23,413 nt of DNA, taken from the NCBI GenBank assembly GCA_051746405.1, contig JBNJFB010000037.1, positions 1 to 23,413 of the forward strand, read 5' to 3'. This document shows, piece after piece, positions 16,663-23,413 of the stretch. Source of the stretch: Campylobacterota bacterium. Its GTDB lineage: Bacteria > Campylobacterota > Campylobacteria > Campylobacterales > Arcobacteraceae. The stretch's first letter is position 1, and every line of letters begins with the position of its first letter. A program made the position numbers and the translations under genes. Below the pieces are notes generated by a model, which made no database searches, was not told the DNA's origin, and saw nothing but the letters and a program-made list of their open reading frames with translations.

Positions 16663-18546
16663 CTACAACCAAAAAAACATTCTTAAAAAATCAATTGTTG
16701 AATGTGTTATTATCCATATTACTCTTCTTTTACCAACATTAATTTTAGCAACTCCACTCATTCCAGGTCTCCACCAAGACTCAACTCCATTTAATGCTTT
16801 AGCTTTTAAAACAAATATATTTCCATTGTTTTTATCAACCTGTGCTACAGGAACTATATTCATAACCTTAATAGGATAGTAGTTTTCAGGTTTACTTAAA
16901 AGTTTAAGTTCTCCCATATCCTCTAAGTTAATCTCATCAATATATTTTTCACTAATTTTAAATTTTATAAATATATCATTAGAGTTCGCTATTTTTAAGA
17001 GCATATCACCTTTACTTACAGGTGATGATAATAACTCTTTTTTATTTCCCTCAACAACTACACCATCAAAAGGTGATTTTACTTGTGAATAATTTAAATA
17101 GTATTCTACTTTCTTTAAAGATGCTTGAGCTTGTATAACTTTTGCAATTGCTATATTCATATCAGCTAATTTACCTCTAGCTCTTGCTTTTTCAGCTTCT
17201 CTTCTATATCTAACTACATCAGATTCCATTTCTAATTTTTTAAGTAGCAACTCTTCTTTATCAAGCTCTATAACTGTTTCATCTTTTTTTACAAATTCAC
17301 CTGGGTAATAGTTGACATTTTTAATATAGCTATCATAAGGTGCTTGTATATATGCAATACTATCTGTATCTAGGGTTGCTGTAACTTCTATTTTATAATC
17401 CCACTTAAAAAATATAGAGTATAAAAATAGTATAGATACAACTATTCCAATAAGCTTTGCAAATGTATTATCACTTCCTAAAAATTTTGACAAGCCCTTT
17501 TTACTTTTGTCCAATATTTTTTTGCCTAACCATTTATCATCTTCATACAAATCAAATAACCAAACATTTAACTGTAAGAAAGATAAATTTAATAAAGTTA
17601 TATCTCTTTGTTCAAACTCTGCTTTTTCATTTTCTAAAGTAACTACCCCATAAACTTCACTATTATAGATAATTGGTATAGACACTAAAGAGTTTAATGA
17701 GTTTTTATTTTGGTACTCTTCATGGGCTAAAGTCAAAATATTTTCATCTTCACTTGGTAAAACAATACTCTTTTCTTGATCTGCACACTCTTCATAAGCA
17801 TCTTGAAGCTGCTTTATAACTTCACTTTTTTTATCAAACTTCTCTAAATGCGAAACTGCAATACAGTTTATATATTCATTGGTTTTCCAACCTAAAGTAA
17901 CTCTAGAACAATCAAACTTTATGGCAAGCTCATTTACTAACTTCATACAAGCTAATAAAAACTTTCTTTCATCTTTTATTAAATTAATCAGTTCTAATAT
18001 ATTATATAATTCAGGATTTGATTCATTATTATTTACAACTGGTAGGTTTTGATTATAGTTATAATCTTTATAGTTTATATAAACATCATTTATCAATTGA
18101 GTTCTTAATACTATTTCATTAAAATACTGTATATTCACTCTATCGATAATTATAGTACAGACAATTATTTCATCATCGCCAGACTCTATTTCAAAAGATA
18201 AAAAGAAAGGTTTAGAAAGTCCATCTATTTTAAATCCTAAAGGTCCATAACTATAACCTTTTTGAATTGTTTTATTAATATTTTGACCAATTACATTTTC
18301 AACTTCTTGCAACTTACTATTTAAATCAATATCATCAATTAGTTCAATTAAGTTCAAATTTGATGAATCAATACTATCTTTTTTTAAAATAATGGCAAAA
18401 GAGCTTTTTAGAAGCTTTATAATAGTTTCACTATAGTATTTCCAAAACTCTTTTTCTTCACCGTTAAAACTTCTTAAATATTTTATATTGTTTAGTACAT
18501 CAATTGCATCTGTACTATTTTGTATTATTTCTCTCATTTTGTCCAT
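16663..18546 (-). CDS. GAF-domain-containing HlyD-family membrane fusion protein
   Basis: GAF-like region (NELAIKFDCSRVTLGW...SLVSIPIIY...VYGVVTLE), one TM (LIGIVVSILFLYSIFF), then MFP motifs IQAPYDSYI...PGEFVKKDE, VKSPFDGVV and WRPGMSGVAKI. Confidence 0.85.
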   Translation of the reverse strand: MDKMREIIQNSTDAIDVLNNIKYLRSFNGEEKEFWKYYSETIIKLLKSSFAIILKKDSIDSSNLNLIELIDDIDLNSKLQEVENVIGQNINKTIQKGYSYGPLGFKIDGLSKPFFLSFEIESGDDEIIVCTIIIDRVNIQYFNEIVLRTQLINDVYINYKDYNYNQNLPVVNNNESNPELYNILELINLIKDERKFLLACMKLVNELAIKFDCSRVTLGWKTNEYINCIAVSHLEKFDKKSEVIKQLQDAYEECADQEKSIVLPSEDENILTLAHEEYQNKNSLNSLVSIPIIYNSEVYGVVTLENEKAEFEQRDITLLNLSFLQLNVWLFDLYEDDKWLGKKILDKSKKGLSKFLGSDNTFAKLIGIVVSILFLYSIFFKWDYKIEVTATLDTDSIAYIQAPYDSYIKNVNYYPGEFVKKDETVIELDKEELLLKKLEMESDVVRYRREAEKARARGKLADMNIAIAKVIQAQASLKKVEYYLNYSQVKSPFDGVVVEGNKKELLSSPVSKGDMLLKIANSNDIFIKFKISEKYIDEINLEDMGELKLLSKPENYYPIKVMNIVPVAQVDKNNGNIFVLKAKALNGVESWWRPGMSGVAKINVGKRRVIWIITHSTIDFLRMFFWL

Positions 18547-19408
18547 TAATTATATTATTTTCTAAAGGAATTAAATCTTGTTCTACTTTATTAGAATTCA
18601 TATTATCATATTCAATAGAAACAAAAGCAGATAACCCTGGAGTTATTGCTAAATTACTGTTATTCAATTTTGTTTTTATTCTAACTAAACTACTTGAACT
18701 ATCAGCAACAGGTGAGATAAAAACAATAGTACTATTTTTGTTTATATACTCTTCACCATTTTTAACTTTCACAGGTAACTTATTTCCAATTTCAAGCTTT
18801 GTTACATATTTTTGTTCAATATTAAACTCCACAAAACATTCTGAATAATCCACAATTTCAACTACACTATCACCACTTCTTATCCACTCTCCAACATCAT
18901 ACTCTATTTTTGTTATTATACCATTTATTGGTGAAGCCAAAGTATGATTTTTCAATAAATTTAAAGACATTTGATGTTCAATATTTTCTATACTTTTTTT
19001 ATGTTTTGTGGATAAGTATTGTGCTAAATGTTCATAATATTTAATTTGTGAAGATATAACTTCATCTTGACTAATTGATTTAGTTCTTTCATAGAGTTGT
19101 TTATTTGATTTAACTATTTTAGAAATAAGTTTCTCATTTTTTTTCAAAGCATTTAAAAATGAACCATCTTCATAAATAATCTTTTTTCTCTTTGCATCTA
19201 ATTTCTGCAAAGAGTCATCCAGCTTTAAAACTATCTGATCTTTTTTAACCCTATCGCCTTCTTTTAAAAATATATCTGAAACTTTTCCATCAATAGAAAA
19301 AGCTAACTCAAGCTGGTGCTTAGGAATAACTATACCTGTAACTTCAATAGCATTTAAAGAAGTAAATAAAACAATTACTCCTAAGATAGTACCTCTTAAC
19401 CATTTCAC
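18515..19408 (-). CDS. Efflux RND/T1SS-type periplasmic adaptor (MFP)
   Basis: Signal peptide, LAFSIDGKVSDIFLKEGDRVKKDQ, LASPINGII, FISPVADSSS, PGLSAFV; GTG start with AAGGA RBS. Confidence 0.9.
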   Translation of the reverse strand: MKWLRGTILGVIVLFTSLNAIEVTGIVIPKHQLELAFSIDGKVSDIFLKEGDRVKKDQIVLKLDDSLQKLDAKRKKIIYEDGSFLNALKKNEKLISKIVKSNKQLYERTKSISQDEVISSQIKYYEHLAQYLSTKHKKSIENIEHQMSLNLLKNHTLASPINGIITKIEYDVGEWIRSGDSVVEIVDYSECFVEFNIEQKYVTKLEIGNKLPVKVKNGEEYINKNSTIVFISPVADSSSSLVRIKTKLNNSNLAITPGLSAFVSIEYDNMNSNKVEQDLIPLENNIINGQNERNNTK

Positions 19409-19418
19409 AAACTATCCT

Positions 19419-20999
19419 TTATTTTAAATTAAAATTATTTGAAAAAGCATTAGTATTAACTTTCTTTTCAAGATTTTTGGGTTGTACCTCTATTTCATAA
19501 GTATCAAGTAGTTGCCCCATAACTTTTTGTAAAATAGCCTCAGCTGTTTTCCACTTTACTACCATTTCATATATCTTTTTTTTATGTTCTATATACTCAA
19601 ACTCTTGCTTTAATACCTCTTTGATACTTACTTTACCTAATGAAAACTTTTCATTCTCAACTTCTAATAACTTATTTTTTAAATCCAAACTTTTAGTTAA
19701 TAACTCAACTTGTCTTTTAGCTGCTTTTAATTTTTCTATTCTAGAGTGTAAACTATTTGCAAGATTTTTTTCTAAAGAGTTAATTTCAACTCTCTGTTTA
19801 AGTAGTTTTAATCTTGCATTTTTTTCAAGATATTTCATTTTTTTATTCCCAAAAATAGGCATAGAAAACTCTAAGCCTACATTCCAAGCTTGATAATCAT
19901 CAGAATTAATACTTTTTAATGACTTACTGCTACTATGCTCTAAAGCTTGATTAGATATATCTGCTATAAGATTCAAAGTTGGTAAACTTTGATTGTCAAT
20001 ATACTTTTTTGATATTTTTTCAAGCTCTAAATTTTTCTTAGCTATATTATATTCAGGCCAATTTTTCAAAGACTTAGTAAAGCTCTCATCTAAACTTGGT
20101 ATAATATTCTCATCTTCTATATTTTCAGTTAGTATAAACTTTATATTATCATTTTTGATTATATTTAAATTAAGTAAAGACAAAAGTTGATTTTTCTTTT
20201 CGTTTAATCTCTCTTGTGCCTCAATTTTACTTAGCTTCATTGTCAATAGTCTATTTTCTATATCATAAATCTCTGTTTGAGGTATTTTACCACTTAAAAC
20301 AAGTTTTTTTAATGTCTCTATGTTTTCATTAGTAATCTCTATAAGCTTAGACCAACTATTTACTATCTCTATCTCTCCATAAAGTTGCCAGTATGTTTGA
20401 ATTGTTACACCAACTAACTCAGTTAATAAATTCTCATATTCATAAACACTAATCTTGCTATTAACCCTTGCGATACTTTCTTGAATAGATGTTATTTGTG
20501 TACCTGCATTTTTAAGTAAAGGTTGTTGAAACTCTAGTTTTAAATAACTTCTAAACTCACTATCTTCATCCAATGGTGCTTGTTTCTCAATTACATTACT
20601 ACTTAGCTTATTTTGTATAGCTTTAATTCCCCAAGTTCCACCTGTTGGCAAAAGTCCTGTAAAACCAACTTCATAATTTTGAGACTTAGACTCATATACA
20701 TTTGTATTTTGACTATCTAAATAACTATAGTAAGAGTCTTCAGGACTTGTTTTTGACTCTTGCTTCGAAGATGATACACTTAAATTAAAAACAGGTTCAT
20801 AAATACTTTTTTGTATACTTATCTCATTTTGTTTAGTTTTTACATTTATTAGTTCACTTAAACCTTTAGCATTTCTTTTTACTACATTTTGAACTAAACT
20901 ATCTAAATCAAGCTTTATAACTTGCTGATTTGATAACTCTTGCGAGTTTAAAAAAGTAAAGCAAGCAATTGATACAACTAGAAGTCTAATTATTCTCAT
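19419..20999 (-). CDS. TolC-family outer membrane channel
   Basis: Signal peptide, two OEP-like repeats (LEFQQPLLKNAG; LPTLNL...WNVGLEFSMPIFGN), ENEKFSLGK; adjacent to MFP genes. Confidence 0.88.
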   Translation of the reverse strand: MRIIRLLVVSIACFTFLNSQELSNQQVIKLDLDSLVQNVVKRNAKGLSELINVKTKQNEISIQKSIYEPVFNLSVSSSKQESKTSPEDSYYSYLDSQNTNVYESKSQNYEVGFTGLLPTGGTWGIKAIQNKLSSNVIEKQAPLDEDSEFRSYLKLEFQQPLLKNAGTQITSIQESIARVNSKISVYEYENLLTELVGVTIQTYWQLYGEIEIVNSWSKLIEITNENIETLKKLVLSGKIPQTEIYDIENRLLTMKLSKIEAQERLNEKKNQLLSLLNLNIIKNDNIKFILTENIEDENIIPSLDESFTKSLKNWPEYNIAKKNLELEKISKKYIDNQSLPTLNLIADISNQALEHSSSKSLKSINSDDYQAWNVGLEFSMPIFGNKKMKYLEKNARLKLLKQRVEINSLEKNLANSLHSRIEKLKAAKRQVELLTKSLDLKNKLLEVENEKFSLGKVSIKEVLKQEFEYIEHKKKIYEMVVKWKTAEAILQKVMGQLLDTYEIEVQPKNLEKKVNTNAFSNNFNLK

Positions 21000-23290
21000 T
21001 TAGCTCCCTTAGAAACAGTAAACTCACCATTACAATCATTTACTGTATCACTCCATGTACCACTAATACTGTTGGATCCAATATCAGCAACTGACCATAT
21101 TTTACTACTATCTTTTAAAGTAACTTTTGTACCACTTACACTAAGCTCAGTTCCATAAACCCTATTATCAGATTGTGCTTGCCATGAGGCACTATACTCA
21201 CTTATAAAGCTTATTGTCATATCTCCATTATTCTGTATACAACTATCACTAAATGTCCCATTCCAGTTACCTACTAAACTTGCAGGATATAAAGCATCTT
21301 TTTTCACAGGTTCTATTTGTGTTGTCATTACTGTTTGATTTGTATCTAGGGTATTAAAAACTCCTTGATTAGTTTTAGCTACTGTTGCTTTTTGAGTTTT
21401 TACTTTCCCTTTGATATTTCCATACTCTAAACTATATAGATCAAAGTCCCCTTTTTCAAAAAGAAGTGAGAAATTATTATCAACACTCTTAATCGTAATT
21501 AACCCATCTAAGCTATTTTCTCCACTTTTACTATTTTCTTGGGTGTATTTTTGAGTGTATTTTGCATTTTTTAAACTCTTATCCTCTTTATCAAATATTA
21601 CTGTTCCCTCGTACTTTGAGTTAGACTCTTGCGTATAACTATCTATATCTTCCTTAATATTTTTACTGATTTCAAATGATGCAGTTACGATACCACTATT
21701 CTCATTATACTTAATAGTTTTAATTATTCCATTTTCATTAGACTCTATATTTTCTTCATCATACTCATCTATAATATCAAATGCTATTTTACTATTAATC
21801 AAAGATGAAATACCAACTGTGTCTTCTGTGCTATCTCCTTTAACAAGAGTACCTTTTAAAGGTTCTTTTATTACAAATGTTTTTTCTATTTGTGAATCAT
21901 CTAAAGTTATGTTGCCATCATCTGATGTATTAATTTCAACAGTTTTCGCCGCACTTCCATTATCATTACTCTCTTGATTAGTTTTACTAACAACTGATAT
22001 ATTAGAGACTGTATATCCATCTGGGATTGTTATATTTATATCATCACTATTTGAAGTTTTAATAATAGAATCAATAATAACCTCTTTACCACTACTATCT
22101 TTTGCTTTTATCACTACAGTATCATTATCGTTTGCAATATCTTTTATATCAATTATCTTAGAAGTAGTAGTTACTTCCTTTGCAATAACAAATGGTTTTA
22201 ACTCTAAATCTGATTTATCATTAACTTTAGTCCAAGTATCACTGTTACTATTAAACTGATAAAAAGCTTGATTACTATTTAAGGTATAGTTACTTAATAG
22301 GTCTGTATCTGTGATAATATTATTATTACAATTACTATTTGTAGTAATATCAGCCCCATTTTCAAACTCTAACTTTTCATTTTTCAATAAAGACCCATTT
22401 GGCACTTCAATCAAATTATCATATCTAGTAACATGAACTTTACACTCACCAATAGTTTTAGCAGGAGATAAGTCCTTTGAGATAACCATATTACCAATTA
22501 TAGCAGGCGAAGTTCTTGATTCTTGTAATAAAGTTGGCAATATTTTATTATCATCTATTACTATATTAATTTTACTAGTTGATGACAATCCCAAATCACT
22601 CTTTGTAGAATCTGTCTCTTTCTCTTTATTTTCAAACTCTATGATTTTTCCCACATTTACTATTGTTTCATTCATATCATCTTGATTATTTAGGATATAA
22701 TCTTTAAAAATCTCTTTTCTATCAGTTTTAGCAGTATCTATTAAACCTTTTAATGGGTTATTTGTGTCATCTTTTATACTATTATTTAACCTCTTATCTA
22801 AAGATTTAATATGATTTTTGAAAGTAATTGGTGTTAAATCTTTTTTGTATGTTTTTCCTACGATATTAGTATCGGTTGTTTTCCCCTGTGATTCTACATT
22901 AAGAAACATTTTAAATTTTAAATTGTCTTCATTTGGGTTATCTTTAGGATCAACTGTTTTTAAAGTATTATCAAAGCCTCCCTCTGCGATCAAAAGATAC
23001 TCTTTACCAGGATCAAGTACATATGAAATCTCATACTTACCATTATCATCTGTAATATTATAAGGTTCGCCACTATTGTAAGAACCATCATTATTAACAT
23101 CTAAAAAAACTCTTGCATTTTTAATTGGTCCATCAGATACTACACCATTTATTTTACTTAAACTTGATGTATTTGCTAAAGTAGAGCTATCTCCTCCACC
23201 TCCTCCACAACCACTAAGTAAAAATATACTTCCCAATAAAATCTGTGCTGTAATTAAACTTTTTTTCATCTTCTTATTCCTTGTTATCAT
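20996..23290 (-). CDS. Large putative lipoprotein, beta-rich, function unknown
   Basis: Lipobox LSGC followed by GGGGGDSS; GVVSDGPIKNARVFLDVNNDG....GEP...TDDNGKY (prealbumin/CnaB-like fold with a DxNxDG loop). The start is either 23290 (ATGA overlap with the upstream stop) or 23269 (AAGGA RBS). Confidence 0.8.
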   Translation of the reverse strand: MITRNKKMKKSLITAQILLGSIFLLSGCGGGGGDSSTLANTSSLSKINGVVSDGPIKNARVFLDVNNDGSYNSGEPYNITDDNGKYEISYVLDPGKEYLLIAEGGFDNTLKTVDPKDNPNEDNLKFKMFLNVESQGKTTDTNIVGKTYKKDLTPITFKNHIKSLDKRLNNSIKDDTNNPLKGLIDTAKTDRKEIFKDYILNNQDDMNETIVNVGKIIEFENKEKETDSTKSDLGLSSTSKINIVIDDNKILPTLLQESRTSPAIIGNMVISKDLSPAKTIGECKVHVTRYDNLIEVPNGSLLKNEKLEFENGADITTNSNCNNNIITDTDLLSNYTLNSNQAFYQFNSNSDTWTKVNDKSDLELKPFVIAKEVTTTSKIIDIKDIANDNDTVVIKAKDSSGKEVIIDSIIKTSNSDDINITIPDGYTVSNISVVSKTNQESNDNGSAAKTVEINTSDDGNITLDDSQIEKTFVIKEPLKGTLVKGDSTEDTVGISSLINSKIAFDIIDEYDEENIESNENGIIKTIKYNENSGIVTASFEISKNIKEDIDSYTQESNSKYEGTVIFDKEDKSLKNAKYTQKYTQENSKSGENSLDGLITIKSVDNNFSLLFEKGDFDLYSLEYGNIKGKVKTQKATVAKTNQGVFNTLDTNQTVMTTQIEPVKKDALYPASLVGNWNGTFSDSCIQNNGDMTISFISEYSASWQAQSDNRVYGTELSVSGTKVTLKDSSKIWSVADIGSNSISGTWSDTVNDCNGEFTVSKGAK

Positions 23291-23412
23291 AATGCTAAAT
23301 CTTCAATCCAATACTCATATAACTCACTATCAATACTATCACCTATTAAATCACTATCAAAACTATCTGCTATTGAATAGTTTAGTGATATATCCTCATC
23401 TATATAACTCTG
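23287..23412 (-). CDS. C-terminal 41 residues of an upstream protein entering from beyond the window (not in the ORF track)
   Basis: Manual translation QSYIDEDISLNYSIADSFDSDLIGDSIDSELYEYWIEDLAL*. The frame is open to the window edge, and its TGA overlaps the ATG at 23290 (ATGA). Confidence 0.7.
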   Translation of the reverse strand, partial: QSYIDEDISLNYSIADSFDSDLIGDSIDSELYEYWIEDLAL

Positions 23413-23413
23413 T

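Noticed and set aside
17457..23063. Short plus-strand ORFs (17457-17642, 18504-18848, 19621-19893, 19993-20190, 22818-23063)
   Set aside because: Antisense shadows of the secretion operon genes.
1..23413. CRISPR arrays, tRNA/rRNA genes, phase-variable poly-G/C tracts
   Set aside because: Intergenic gaps are all under 100 bp and show no repeat-spacer or structured-RNA pattern. Only short A/T runs occur, as expected in AT-rich DNA.

Overview
AT-rich bacterial window, with gene content and promoter style consistent with Campylobacterota (Arcobacter/Sulfurimonas-like; inference). Left part (1-8523) is ion and metal homeostasis: a 5'-truncated ClC-family channel, a DUF2971 gene, a nikKMLQO ECF-type Ni/Co uptake operon, a divergent, apparently immobilised IS1595-transposase-derived ORF, and a copZ-arsR/smtB-copA Cu(I) efflux operon with a clear tandem operator. 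Right part (8543-23413, all minus strand) is a tightly coupled operon resembling a non-canonical secretion system. In transcription order it encodes the acidic C-terminal end of an upstream protein, a 764-aa lipoprotein, TolC, a membrane fusion protein (MFP), a GAF-MFP fusion, a PqqD/RRE-like-M50 peptidase-MFP fusion and a C-terminally truncated SecA paralogue. No ABC or RND pump is visible. It is followed by a TPR-GNAT fusion, a GC-richer AAA/PD-(D/E)XK gene and a divergent MtnK-like kinase. No RNA genes or CRISPR arrays were seen. All calls come from motif reading; no database searches were run.
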